64,000 bases of DNA from Methanomethylovorans hollandica DSM 15978 (GCF_000328665.1 NC_019977.1:2162011-2226010), one strand, 5' to 3'. Counted from the stretch's first letter, positions 40,536-50,879 are shown. Numbers and translations: made by a program. Notes: generated from the letters alone by a model not told the origin.

Positions 40536-40910
40536 CTATCGCCTCCTTCCCAGATAGATAATACAGGCTCGCCCCAGGAGAACACCCAACAGGCCTGGCA
40601 GTATATTGGCACACATGAATATCAGAGAAGTTATAAAGCTCATCTGGAAAGCATACACTGCAAAACTTGAAAATGTCGTGAACGAGCCCAAAAAACCGAT
40701 GCCAAGGAACAGGCGGGTGCGGGGAGGAACATAACCCAGATAATCACTGTGATACATAAGCAAGCCCAGGCAAAAGCTCCCCAGGACATTAACAGCCAGA
40801 GTTCCTTTAACAGATGTCAGGCTCTGATAGAACGCGAACCTGGCCACTGCACCCAGAAATCCACCGCAGCCAATTACAAGCAGATCCTTGAGATCCCAGT
40901 CTCTGGACAT
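40536..40910 (-). CDS. crcB: Fluoride channel Fluc/CrcB, first copy
   Basis: GGFLGAVARF, GTLAVNVLGSF, GFLGSFTTFSSF. Confidence 0.92.
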   Translation of the reverse strand: MSRDWDLKDLLVIGCGGFLGAVARFAFYQSLTSVKGTLAVNVLGSFCLGLLMYHSDYLGYVPPRTRLFLGIGFLGSFTTFSSFAVYAFQMSFITSLIFMCANILPGLLGVLLGRACIIYLGRRR

Positions 40911-40970
40911 TCTTACTACTCAGTTACTATTCAGTTACTGCCCAACTACGAGTCTGTTACTACCCGGTCA

Positions 40971-42170
40971 CTATTCGATCAGCACGACATCGACTTCGCT
41001 GTCTTTTTCATATCCTTCGACATGTTCCGTTATGATAACGAATCCCTGGGATTTGGCAATGGAACTAAGAATACCGGCGCCTGCAGTCATCAGAGGATGT
41101 GCAGTCCTGCCATCGAGTATCACTCTCGCGTAACTGAGATAACCTTCCCTCGAAGTGACCTTGGAGCTCAGCTGTGCCTTTACAATAACATCGGGCACAT
41201 CCGGGGCATTTGCCACCTTTCTGAGTGCGGGTCTGCCAAAAACGAACAATGCCACAAGACCCGCAGCAGGATACCCTGGCATACACACAACAGGCTTACC
41301 ATTGACCAGACCAAGAGCAGTGGGTTTCCCCGGACTCAGACCCACACCATGCACCAGCAGTTCTCCCCGGGAAGCTACAACTCCGGGCACGAAGTCCTTC
41401 TCTCCTACGGATGTGCCACCGGAAATTATCAGCATATCTGCATCTATGTTCTCTTTAATAGCCTGTTCGATCTGAGCAGTATCCTCAGGCACTATATTAT
41501 GATACTTAGGTACTCCACCCCATTGTTCCACATACAGTCCTATCATGAGGCTGTTGCTTTCCAGGTTTTTGCCGGCAGAAGGCAGCTCGGTGTACGAGAG
41601 AGGTACAAGATCATCGCCAACCGGAATTATGGCAACCACTGGCTTACAGTACACTTTTACTTCCCGGATACCCAGGGAGGCCAGCACTCCGACATCACAT
41701 GCCCTAAGCAGATGACCTTTGTTGAAAAGGATCTCATTCTTGCGTATATCCTCGCCAATGTCGCCCACATTCTTGCCCGGATGTAACTGTGCCCGTATTT
41801 CGATCATATCCCCCATGGATATAGTGTCTTCTATCATCATCACCGCATCAGCGCCTTCAGGCATATGCTGACCTGTGCCTATCCTCGTGCATGTGCCTTC
41901 TTCCACAACATCAGAAAGCTGTAACATCACAGGATTAAGAGGAGATGCTCCCAGAGTGTCCGCAGCCCTCATGGCATAACCGTCCATTGCGGATCGTCTG
42001 AAATGAGGCACATTCCTGGGAGCTATGGTGTGTGTGGCCAGCACCCTGCCGGGACAATCCCGGATACTGATATCTTCGGTCCTTGTAAGAGGAACAATAG
42101 ATGCCAGGAATTTCTCTTTTGCCTGGCTGACGGGCATGCGCTCCTTGAATATCCTGTCCATCAAGATCAC
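40971..42170 (-). CDS. moeA: Molybdopterin molybdotransferase MoeA
   Basis: SAMDGYA, PEGADAV, SGGTSVG, PGKPT. Confidence 0.95.
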   Translation of the reverse strand: MILMDRIFKERMPVSQAKEKFLASIVPLTRTEDISIRDCPGRVLATHTIAPRNVPHFRRSAMDGYAMRAADTLGASPLNPVMLQLSDVVEEGTCTRIGTGQHMPEGADAVMMIEDTISMGDMIEIRAQLHPGKNVGDIGEDIRKNEILFNKGHLLRACDVGVLASLGIREVKVYCKPVVAIIPVGDDLVPLSYTELPSAGKNLESNSLMIGLYVEQWGGVPKYHNIVPEDTAQIEQAIKENIDADMLIISGGTSVGEKDFVPGVVASRGELLVHGVGLSPGKPTALGLVNGKPVVCMPGYPAAGLVALFVFGRPALRKVANAPDVPDVIVKAQLSSKVTSREGYLSYARVILDGRTAHPLMTAGAGILSSIAKSQGFVIITEHVEGYEKDSEVDVVLIE

Positions 42171-42451
42171 CCGCCGGATACCGGAGGCAATACGCCCAGC
42201 TCATCGTAATCACTGACCTTGGTGTCAAGACCATCAAGATGAGTGATATTGTCACCGTTGAGAAAAACATTCACATATCCGCATAATATGGGATCAGAAG
42301 CAGTTGTTTCAAATATCCTGTCCTTAAGGCCGGGAAATTGCCGCACAAGGGCTTCCAGCACTTCAAGCACCGTATCGCCCCCGAGCTTCAACTCAGAAGT
42401 CCCTGCTATCTCTTTAAGGTTTGCAAAGAGCCTTACCTTAACCTCTGTCAT
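42167..42451 (-). CDS. moaD: MoaD/SAMP ubiquitin-like sulfur carrier
   Basis: VRLFANL, VFLNG, C-terminal PPVSGG. Confidence 0.92.
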   Translation of the reverse strand: MTEVKVRLFANLKEIAGTSELKLGGDTVLEVLEALVRQFPGLKDRIFETTASDPILCGYVNVFLNGDNITHLDGLDTKVSDYDELGVLPPVSGG

Positions 42452-42639
42452 GGGCCTCTATTTATAAAGATATTAGATAAACCTTGTGTCGAAGCGGGAG
42501 TTTAGGAGGTGAAGAGTAGAGGGATGGGAAATGATTTGGGAGGTTGGTTGAGATGGAGTAAGTTCTCTACTTGCAGGCAACCATCCCGCAGGGCACTATA
42601 AGCGATTTATCATTTAATGATCCCATAACACATAACCCC

Positions 42640-43023
42640 TTATTTTTTATTTTTTAAGGCGATCCCAATAGTAATACTCATTACAGGAATCACTACGTAC
42701 CTCAATCCTATCTGCGAAAAATAATCTCTCAGAGGCATACCAGACATCTGGACCAATATCAGTAAATCGAGTAGCACATTTATAGCAAACCACGTAAACC
42801 CAACAACAATCCCTTCTTTGTAGTATTCTGCATTTATGTTCTTAAAGTAGGAAATCAAAAGAAATGCAGCTGAGATGGAACCCACTACAATCATAATTGA
42901 TTTGAACAAAAAGACATCAATTGTCAGTATCCCTTCTTTAGTGTAGAAAAACAATGATGCTACAAAAGGTATTAGCCATGCCAGAAAACCATAAACAATA
43001 ACCTTAAGGTATTTATATATCAT
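42640..43023 (-). CDS. Hypothetical four-TM membrane protein
   Basis: Four hydrophobic segments; AT-rich coding sequence. Confidence 0.7.
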   Translation of the reverse strand: MIYKYLKVIVYGFLAWLIPFVASLFFYTKEGILTIDVFLFKSIMIVVGSISAAFLLISYFKNINAEYYKEGIVVGFTWFAINVLLDLLILVQMSGMPLRDYFSQIGLRYVVIPVMSITIGIALKNKK

Positions 43024-43362
43024 ATTCTTAATTCCCAAAATTATGCTATTTAAAGACTTTTATCCATATATTCAAATAGATCCTATTTCGGAAAGCCCTG
43101 TAGAAAAACTATTTTGAATAACAAATAAGATCCTGAAACACCTGTTGCTTTCGTCCAGGCGAGCTGCTGGACCCATGTGAAGTGGAGATAAGTCATTTGC
43201 ACTCAATAAGCACCCAGTAGAGAAACGAAAAGCAAGAAGTGAAATATGATAACTAGTTCAGTTAAAATAAACAAGCGGGATTACATAATACTGAACCAGG
43301 CAAATATATCTTAAACGATTGCTCTGTATCAAATCCTTTTTGTAATACCCCTTGATCTTGGC

Positions 43363-43860
43363 TCACTTGATGGGCATGCAGATATCAAGGATATGATGGT
43401 TTTCCGGATGTTCTCAGGGAGAGTTTAAATATATCTCATAACTTGCCCTGGACATATCAATTTCAAGGTTATTTTGTATCATCCACTCAACTACCTTTTC
43501 CCATGCAGGACCATATTCTTCTGCTCCTGTCAGTTCTGCACGCATTACTACATACTTTCCCCCGGGAAGCTTTTTCTTTTTTATTTCCCCTTCAACTTTA
43601 ATATCATCTTCAATGGTCATACACACATCCAGCTTAAGTTCTTCCGGAGGTGTAACGCTTGGATCATCATGATAGGCAGACATCAAAATAGTATCTGGTC
43701 CCATCAATTGTTTCGGACCTGCCCAACCAAGAAGTTTAGTGAACAAGTCATTAAAGACGTTGGTGTTTCCCAGATAGTTGCCGACAAATGAAACATATGC
43801 TACATTCCTTTCTTCTATCTCTTTTATCTCGGGCTCGTTTAAAATTTCCAAACCTATCAC
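43363..43860 (-). pseudogene. GyrI-like small-molecule-binding protein with in-frame TGA
   Basis: YHDDP, LPGGKYVV, YEIYLNSP-TGA(43414-43416)-EHPENHHILDICMPIK-stop. Confidence 0.75.
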
Positions 43861-44445
43861 CTGCTTTTATTGTCAAGAGATTTTCTGTAATATCTGCTAT
43901 AAAAGCCCATAGTAAATTGAGTGAAAGTGTTAAACTGTCCGTGAGATGGAATCTCAAAGATTTCTGCAGTGCCAGCTCATGAATTTTGATAAAAACGAAG
44001 TATCAGAAATTGATGTATAATGTTAAAGCTACAAAATAATTTTCAATGAGCCAGTTTCAAAAAACACAAGTTTTTGCTTCACCACTGAACTAAAAAAAGG
44101 AATTAAAAATTGTACAACTAACTGGATTCTTAACTTTCTCCTAAGCCATTCTTCCTCTTTTAGATCTATAGGAACAAAAAATATTCAGCATCTAAGTGCA
44201 GATAAGAGATATTTAATGAGACTAGTGCAGTAGAGTGCAGAGGGGTCAATAAAAGGGATATATCTGCTTTGTATTAGGATGTGCCTGCACATCATTCAGC
44301 AAAAAACGATATCATATCTCATCAGCTCTCTTTGAGCTTTTGGTGTGTAAAGGTAATACAAAATAACGTGTAATTTAATAGCAGCCCAAATGATCTATAA
44401 ATGCACAACAGAGTCTAACGATCAGAAAAGTTATTAAAAAAAGTT

Positions 44446-44523
44446 TGGTGGGATAGCGCGGATTTGAACCGCAGTCCAAGCGTCCCAAACGCTCGAGGAT
44501 GGACCAGGCTACCCTACTATCCC
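44446..44523 (-). tRNA. tRNA-Pro(UGG), CCA encoded
   Basis: GGGAUAG acceptor stem, anticodon arm GAGCG-UUUGGGA-CGCUU, GGUUCAAAUCC, ACCA end followed by a T-run. Confidence 0.96.
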
Positions 44524-44649
44524 AAAAGGGTAAGCACTGCAATAGACTTTATAGATTAAAAACCTTCCGTATGAAATCAGTCAAAGAATATAAACAGGGC
44601 AGAAAAAGATCAAAAAGTGAAGAAATGAAGGTCATAGAAAACAGAGACC

Positions 44650-45201
44650 TTATTTCCATCTTTTATATATGTCATTATCTATCCCTGCGAGGTCCAGGGC
44701 TCTTCCTGCAATGGAGTTTACAAGATCATCAATGTTCTTAGGCTTTGAGTAGAAGCCCGGGCATGCAGGCAGTATGATAGCTCCTGCCCTGGTGAGCTTT
44801 AACATGTTTTCAAGGTGTATCTCGTTCAATGGAGTTTCCCGCGGCACAATAACAAGCCTGCGTCTTTCCTTGAGGCATACATCAGCCGTTCTTTCTAGAA
44901 GGTTGTCAGACATGCCATTTGCAATGGAGCCAACTGTCTTCATACTGCATGGAGCAATGATCATACCGTGAAACCTGTGTGATCCACTGGCTATGGGTGC
45001 AGTGAACTCTTTTTCCTCATAGACATAGCTTGCTATATCCTCTACCTCGACAACTGAATAGTCAGTCTCTATCTCTATGATCTGCCTTGCAGATCTGGTT
45101 ATAACAAGATGTGTGACTATGCCCATCTTAGAAAGTATCTCAAGCAGCCTTATGCCGTAAAGAGACCCTGATGCTCCGCTGATCCCTACTACAATTTCCA
45201 T
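44650..45201 (-). CDS. ubiX: Flavin prenyltransferase UbiX
   Basis: GISGASG, IASGS, PCSMKT, RETPL, PGFY. Confidence 0.95.
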   Translation of the reverse strand: MEIVVGISGASGSLYGIRLLEILSKMGIVTHLVITRSARQIIEIETDYSVVEVEDIASYVYEEKEFTAPIASGSHRFHGMIIAPCSMKTVGSIANGMSDNLLERTADVCLKERRRLVIVPRETPLNEIHLENMLKLTRAGAIILPACPGFYSKPKNIDDLVNSIAGRALDLAGIDNDIYKRWK

Positions 45202-45205
45202 TTTT

Positions 45206-45562
45206 TCACCTTAGATTCTCAATAAGCTCATCTATCATTGCCTCTGAAGCCTTCAATATCTCCCGGATCTCATCAACCGTTATATTATCTACATGGATGC
45301 CGACCATAAAGACTATTGTGCTCTGTGTTACAGCACTGACCTTCCTTGCTGCGCGCAGAGCGATCTCATCTTCTCTGTGCCCCGGGGAACTGATCACGGA
45401 AGCTGAGGCACGGTGACTTTCCCGATCATAGATGCCCATGGCAACAGCACCTATATGCTCTCTGCCACCCGATAACACAAAGAATAGATCAGTTCCTGCA
45501 GACTCCCCTTTTAAAAGGAGCTGTATCCTTCCAACATCTTTTTTGATCTCGATCACGATCAT
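45206..45562 (-). CDS. LpdD-like prenylated-flavin-binding protein
   Basis: GG.EHIGA...GHRE...GIHVD pattern; 4 nt upstream of ubiX. Confidence 0.7.
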   Translation of the reverse strand: MIVIEIKKDVGRIQLLLKGESAGTDLFFVLSGGREHIGAVAMGIYDRESHRASASVISSPGHREDEIALRAARKVSAVTQSTIVFMVGIHVDNITVDEIREILKASEAMIDELIENLR

Positions 45563-46755
45563 AACTCCGTGAGTCTGAACTGCTTGGTGGTCTTTTTTAC
45601 CTCAAAGAACTCCCTCGCAGCTTTTCCCACTTTTTCGCGGAACTCCTTTGGAGTGTAGACACCCATCTTCCAGTTATCCCAGTGAGCCTGCTCAAGCGTG
45701 GCAACAACATAAGAAGCTTCATCAAGTCTCACCATCCTGCCGTTGAGCTTCACAAGTGCTTTTAGCTCTGGAATCTCCGGAGAGCGAGGTATGTCTATGA
45801 GCACATCTGTGGGATCGATGCCAGCCATAGATGCGATCTCAGCTTCGATCCTGCGTATATTACCTCTGTGCCTCAAAACGCCCTCTGTGACCTCCTCAAA
45901 TCCTACGTACAAAGCCCTTTTATAAAGCTTGCGTTCTTCAAGACGTCGGGCCAGATCACCGCTATGACCATCATCGTAACGCATGATGTGCAACATGTCT
46001 GAATCATCCATCTGCCGCAGTTCCGTGGGCTTGATCGCATTTTTCTGTATAAGTTCCTCAATAGCACGGATACACATCGTTTCTGCTATACGGGATACAT
46101 GGTGATAATATACGGATGGGTGCATGAGAAACCTGGACACAAGCAAAGATTCTGCGGCCTTGACCCCTCCTGAACCTACTACCAGGTTGTTTTCATAGAA
46201 CTGCATCTCATGTATGAGCCTTACATGGTCCACCAACCCGAATGCAACACCCGTATAATGAGAATCTCGTACCAGATAATCCATACGATCCACATCAATC
46301 TCACTGCTCAGGATCTTGCCAAGGTCTGTTTCTCCTTTGATGTGTTTCTGGATGGTCGTGGAACTTAGACCGTGTGCATCCAATATTTCTGCGATCTCAC
46401 CTTTACGCAGCAAATGAAGCACATCCTCATGCTTCTGGCGTGTATATTGAGTTATAAAGCTCTCTGTTACATGTGAAAGAGGACCATGCCCTATATCATG
46501 GAGCAAAGCTGCAGCTCTCAGTTCATCCTTTTCCTGCTGGGACACTGAATCGATCTGCCTTGTCAATATGGTCGCAAGGTGCATGACACCCAGAGAATGC
46601 TCAAAACGTGTATGATTGGCACCGGGGTAGACCAGATTAGAAAGCCCGAGTTGCCTTATCCTGCGCAAACGCTGCATAGGAGGAGAATCTATAAGAGAAA
46701 GCATGAGCTCATCGAGTTCAATATAACCGTGAATGGGATCACGAACAACCTTCAT
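45559..46755 (-). CDS. HD-domain phosphohydrolase (SAMHD1/dNTPase-like)
   Basis: RDPIHG, QLG, HTRFEHSLG, LLHDIGHGP, DVDRMDY. Confidence 0.92.
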   Translation of the reverse strand: MKVVRDPIHGYIELDELMLSLIDSPPMQRLRRIRQLGLSNLVYPGANHTRFEHSLGVMHLATILTRQIDSVSQQEKDELRAAALLHDIGHGPLSHVTESFITQYTRQKHEDVLHLLRKGEIAEILDAHGLSSTTIQKHIKGETDLGKILSSEIDVDRMDYLVRDSHYTGVAFGLVDHVRLIHEMQFYENNLVVGSGGVKAAESLLVSRFLMHPSVYYHHVSRIAETMCIRAIEELIQKNAIKPTELRQMDDSDMLHIMRYDDGHSGDLARRLEERKLYKRALYVGFEEVTEGVLRHRGNIRRIEAEIASMAGIDPTDVLIDIPRSPEIPELKALVKLNGRMVRLDEASYVVATLEQAHWDNWKMGVYTPKEFREKVGKAAREFFEVKKTTKQFRLTEL

Positions 46756-46835
46756 ATTGTTTAAATATCCCCTTATACTATAATGCTGTTCCTGTATCAT
46801 AAATAATTTCTATCAAAAACTAAACGAGGACATAC

Positions 46836-47750
46836 ATGCTCATATTTTCCGGTGGGACAGGAACTCCCAAACTTATTGAAGGCCTCAGGAACATACTTCC
46901 TGAAGAAGAGATAACTATAGTTGTGAATACAGCAGAGGACATGTGGGTATCCGGAAATCTAGTAACACCGGATCTCGATACCTTGCTTTATCTTTTTTCT
47001 GGTAAACTTGATACTGCTAAGTGGTGGGGAATTAAGAATGACACTTTCATGACCTCTGATGCCCTCAGATCCCTGGGACATGACGAAATAATGAGGCTGG
47101 GTGACCAGGATCGTGCCACAAATATAATGCGTTCCGATCTTTTAAGAGCGGGCTATTCCCTTACGAAAGCAACAAAAAAGCTTGCTGGAGCTTTAGGTAT
47201 CCGGTCAGCAATACTGCCCATGTCCGATGATCCGGTAAAGACGATGATAACAACATCCTCCGGAAAAGTGCATTTTCAGGAGTTCTGGGTGAAGGAACAT
47301 GGCAAACCCGAGGTGCTGGAAGTTGTGCAGGAAGATATCGAAAAAGCATCCATTGCACCGGATGTTCTTGAAGCGTTGGAAAAAGAGGATCATGTGCTGA
47401 TCGGACCCAGTAACCCTATCACGAGCATCGGACCCATACTGGCCTTGCAAGGGATGAAAGAACTGCTTAAGAAGAAAAAAGTTGTCGCGGTAAGTCCCAT
47501 AATTGGAAAGGAACCTGTGAGCGGACCAGCCGGAAAGCTGATGGCTGCAAGAGGTTTAGAAGTCTCTTCTGCCGGTGTAGTCGATTGCTATGGGGACATC
47601 CTGGACATAATGATACTGGATGAGAGGGATGAGTATGGTATCTCTGCTTTGAAGAATGCAGCATGTAAGATACTTATCACTGATACCCTCATGAAGAATG
47701 CGGATAAAAGTACAGCTCTGGCCAGGTTTGTAGTAGAGGCTTTTACTTGA
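46836..47750 (+). CDS. cofD: 2-phospho-L-lactate transferase (F420 biosynthesis)
   Basis: [37 protein letters not shown]. Confidence 0.95.
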   Translation: MLIFSGGTGTPKLIEGLRNILPEEEITIVVNTAEDMWVSGNLVTPDLDTLLYLFSGKLDTAKWWGIKNDTFMTSDALRSLGHDEIMRLGDQDRATNIMRSDLLRAGYSLTKATKKLAGALGIRSAILPMSDDPVKTMITTSSGKVHFQEFWVKEHGKPEVLEVVQEDIEKASIAPDVLEALEKEDHVLIGPSNPITSIGPILALQGMKELLKKKKVVAVSPIIGKEPVSGPAGKLMAARGLEVSSAGVVDCYGDILDIMILDERDEYGISALKNAACKILITDTLMKNADKSTALARFVVEAFT

Positions 47751-47817
47751 TCATAAGATAGACTCTCTTTTATATGTGTATACATATATGTGGCAATCTA
47801 AACAAGGAGTATTTCAG

Positions 47818-48375
47818 ATGCTAGAGATATTACGCGAGTCCTTTAAAGAGATCCCTATTGTGAAAAGGGGAGATTACTATTATTTTATCCATCCGGTCTC
47901 TGATGGGGTTCCTGCACTGGAACCGGAGCTTCTGGAAGAGATTGCAGAGTACATTGTGGAAAGAGCAGACCTGGATGTGGGCAGGATACTTACAATAGAG
48001 GCCATGGGCATCCCGCTGGCAACCACTGTTTCTTTGATGACCGATATACCTCTTGCCATTGTGCGCAAAAGGAAATATGAACTGGAAGGTGAAGTAACCC
48101 TTTCTCAGAGCACTGGCTATTCTAAAGGTGAATTATACATCAATGGCGTAAAAAAAGGTGACAGGGTGCTTATAATTGACGATGTGATCAGTACCGGTGG
48201 TACTTTGTTGGCACTGGTAAGGGCGCTGAAGAACATTGGAGCCACAATTGCAGGTATCTTTGTTGTCATAGAGCGCGGTGAAGGGGTTGCAAGCCTTAGA
48301 ACAGAAGGCATAGAAGTGACAACACTGGTGCGTATAGATGTAGATGAACATGGCGTGCATATACTGGAGGACTAG
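47818..48375 (+). CDS. hpt: Purine phosphoribosyltransferase (archaeal Hpt/Apt)
   Basis: [22 protein letters not shown]. Confidence 0.9.
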   Translation: MLEILRESFKEIPIVKRGDYYYFIHPVSDGVPALEPELLEEIAEYIVERADLDVGRILTIEAMGIPLATTVSLMTDIPLAIVRKRKYELEGEVTLSQSTGYSKGELYINGVKKGDRVLIIDDVISTGGTLLALVRALKNIGATIAGIFVVIERGEGVASLRTEGIEVTTLVRIDVDEHGVHILED

Positions 48376-48376
48376 G

Positions 48377-49369
48377 TTGGCAGACAGTGAAGCATTTGAT
48401 TTTCAGATATCAAAGATCATTGATGTAATAAGAGACACAACTGCAAAAAGAGTGGGGTTACAGTTCCCTGAAGGCTTCAAGCGCAGAGCTGCAGGCATAG
48501 CCCTAGAGATCGAAGAAGCCACCGGTGCGCATGTGCTTATATCCGGCAATCCATGTTTTGGGGCATGTGACATAGACGTTGATCTGGCACGCAGAGTGGA
48601 GATACTCTTCCATTTCGGGCATGCAGTGCTTGATGACAGTAGCTATGCACAAAATGTGTATTTTATTGAGGTAAGGTCCAATGCCGATATTGGACAAGTT
48701 GTGAGCAAGTCCCTGAAAGCGCTTGAAGGTGAGAGGATAGGGGTCATCACCACAGTACAGCACGTGCATAAGCTACAGACAGCATGTGAAATATTACAGG
48801 CCCATGGCAAAGTTTGCGTGATAGGGAAAGGCGATGCAAAAATAGCATATCCCGGACAGATATTGGGATGTAACTTTTCCTCGGCAAGGGCCGAGTTGTG
48901 CGATGAATACCTGTACATAGGAAGTGGCTACTTCCACCCCATGGGAGTGGCATTGTCTACAGGAAGAAGAGTGCTCATAGCAGATCCTTTTGTAAATGAA
49001 GTCAGAGAGCTGGATATCTCAAAGGTGCTCAAACAGCGCAGTGCAGTGATAGGAAGATCACTTGATGCTGCCCTATTTGGAATAATCGTATGTTCAAAGC
49101 CCGGACAGGAACGCATGGCACTTGCACTGAGGTTACAGGACATGGTGCGCAGGCATGGTAAAGATGCCAGGATCATAATGATGGACCTTGTTACACCTGA
49201 CCAGTTACTCCAGTTCAAAGTAGATGCCTTTGTGAATACAGCATGTCCGAGGCTTGCTATTGATGAGGTTGGCCGTTTCAATGCACCCATGCTTACTCCA
49301 CCGGAACTGGAGATCGTACTGGGTGAGAAGAAATGGGAAGATATGGCATTCGATGAGATCACTGCCTGA
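48377..49369 (+). CDS. dph2: Diphthamide biosynthesis enzyme Dph2
   Basis: LQFPEG, CFGACD, GQILGC, TACPR; TTG start after GGAGG. Confidence 0.95.
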   Translation: MADSEAFDFQISKIIDVIRDTTAKRVGLQFPEGFKRRAAGIALEIEEATGAHVLISGNPCFGACDIDVDLARRVEILFHFGHAVLDDSSYAQNVYFIEVRSNADIGQVVSKSLKALEGERIGVITTVQHVHKLQTACEILQAHGKVCVIGKGDAKIAYPGQILGCNFSSARAELCDEYLYIGSGYFHPMGVALSTGRRVLIADPFVNEVRELDISKVLKQRSAVIGRSLDAALFGIIVCSKPGQERMALALRLQDMVRRHGKDARIIMMDLVTPDQLLQFKVDAFVNTACPRLAIDEVGRFNAPMLTPPELEIVLGEKKWEDMAFDEITA

Positions 49370-49386
49370 AATGTGCTGGTAATAAC

Positions 49387-49989
49387 ATGAAGCAGAGAAA
49401 ACTTGAAATCATGCTGGAAAAGGTAAAAGGGTTCGAAAGACCTGATGTAAACCTGGAACAATATGTCACACCTGCCCCAATAGCCGCTGAAGTGCTGCAC
49501 TTTGCGTTCATGCATGGAAACCTGCAAGGAACGGTATACGACCTTGGATGTGGCACCGGTGTCCTTGCTATTGGTGCAAAGCTCCTGGGTGCAGAGAGAG
49601 TAATAGGTTTTGATCTGGATCCCAGTGCTCTTCAGATAGCAAGACAGAACGCATCTATGATGGGAGTTGATGTGGAATTCGTGCAATGTGACATCTCAGG
49701 TGTACCTGAACATGCAGATACAGTAATAATGAACCCGCCGTTTGGAGCACAATGCAAGGGTAATGACAGGCCCTTCCTCTCAACTGCCCTGAGAGTTGCA
49801 GATGTGACATATTCCGTACATAATTGCGGAAGTCACAGATTCATTAAGAGTTTTATAGAACCTGCGATCATTAGTGACTGGTATGAAACTGGTTTTCCTA
49901 TAAAACGAACATTTAAATTTCATAAAAAGGATGTAGAACTGGTCAAGGTTGAGATCTACCGGATAGTCCGGCGAGATGGCAGCACGTAA
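49387..49989 (+). CDS. METTL5-like N6-adenine methyltransferase
   Basis: LEQYVTP, DLGCGTG, NPPFG. Confidence 0.9.
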   Translation: MKQRKLEIMLEKVKGFERPDVNLEQYVTPAPIAAEVLHFAFMHGNLQGTVYDLGCGTGVLAIGAKLLGAERVIGFDLDPSALQIARQNASMMGVDVEFVQCDISGVPEHADTVIMNPPFGAQCKGNDRPFLSTALRVADVTYSVHNCGSHRFIKSFIEPAIISDWYETGFPIKRTFKFHKKDVELVKVEIYRIVRRDGST

Positions 49990-50122
49990 TCTGCTGATGT
50001 TTGCAACTGCTTTATATAGCGGGAAATATATGTCTTGCAAACCGGTGTTCAATCATATCGATCTAACTTCATTATGAGGGATTCTTATTCGGATAAGGAA
50101 CAGAAAAAAGGTTTCACGCAGG

Positions 50123-50851
50123 ATGATCAAAGGCTCTGGCGAGGGATCAGAAAGTGCACAGTCTTCTGAAGAAATAGAGCAGAAGATGACAAAGGGAACG
50201 AAAGTGGAGGCAGCTAAAGTGGCCAAAGTGCCTAAGAGAAGCATTACTAAGCCTCCAAAGAAAGTTATAGAGGAGGAGAACATGGATGAAGGGGAACTTG
50301 TCTTTGTGATGCCTGGAGACATCATTGGTACTACCGAAGAATTTATTCCCGGGATCGGAACTTTCCTAAATGTTGCTGATATCCATGCTGCTTCTACAGG
50401 TATTGTGAAAATAGACCGGAAAGCACGTATGATATCCGTTGTGCCCAGCACCAAGTATCCTCCATCTGTTAACGTAGGAGATATCGTAGTTGGCAGTATA
50501 ACCAGCCTCAGAGAGAGCGTTGTACTTGTTGAAATTGCCGCTATAAAGGATGAAGGCGAACGTGAGTTCCAGAAAGTTGGCATTGCTGCCATACACGTGT
50601 CAAATGTAAAAGATTCCTACTGTAAAAGACTCGATGAGGAATTCTCTGTAGGAGATATAATCAAAGCAAAGGTTTTGAATACTGAGAATATGAGGCTTAG
50701 TACTGCAGAGCAGGAACTTGGTGTAATGAAAGCTCAGTGTTTCAACTGCCGCACCGTTATGGTCAAAGATAATAACAAACTGTTGTGCCCTGAATGCGGA
50801 AGAACAGAAAAACGTAAGCTCTCCCAAGATTATGGAACTGGCATTGTATAA
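50123..50851 (+). CDS. csl4: Exosome RNA-binding protein Csl4
   Basis: VMPGD, S1 domain (IHVS, GDIIKAKV), C-terminal CFNC...CPECG...RK zinc ribbon. Confidence 0.92.
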   Translation: MIKGSGEGSESAQSSEEIEQKMTKGTKVEAAKVAKVPKRSITKPPKKVIEEENMDEGELVFVMPGDIIGTTEEFIPGIGTFLNVADIHAASTGIVKIDRKARMISVVPSTKYPPSVNVGDIVVGSITSLRESVVLVEIAAIKDEGEREFQKVGIAAIHVSNVKDSYCKRLDEEFSVGDIIKAKVLNTENMRLSTAEQELGVMKAQCFNCRTVMVKDNNKLLCPECGRTEKRKLSQDYGTGIV

Positions 50852-50879
50852 ATAAATCTAGCTTATATGGGTGAATTCC

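Noticed and set aside
40749..41786. 345-aa plus-strand ORF
   Set aside because: Antisense shadow of moeA/crcB with no recognisable motifs
42490..42601. G-rich tract with AGGAGGTGA and a 25-aa ORF (42524-42601); possible G-quadruplex
   Set aside because: RBS spacing is long, the peptide is featureless, and the first GGG loop is too long to support a quadruplex
40911..42640. Fluoride or Moco riboswitch upstream of crcB or moaD
   Set aside because: No match to the consensus motifs by eye
43254..44092. 9-bp inverted repeat (TAGTTCAGT/ACTGAACTA) flanking the GyrI-like pseudogene as a possible MITE
   Set aside because: Too short to exclude chance; no target-site duplication seen
48928..49686. 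252-aa minus-strand ORF
   Set aside because: Antisense to dph2 and the METTL5-like gene; no motifs
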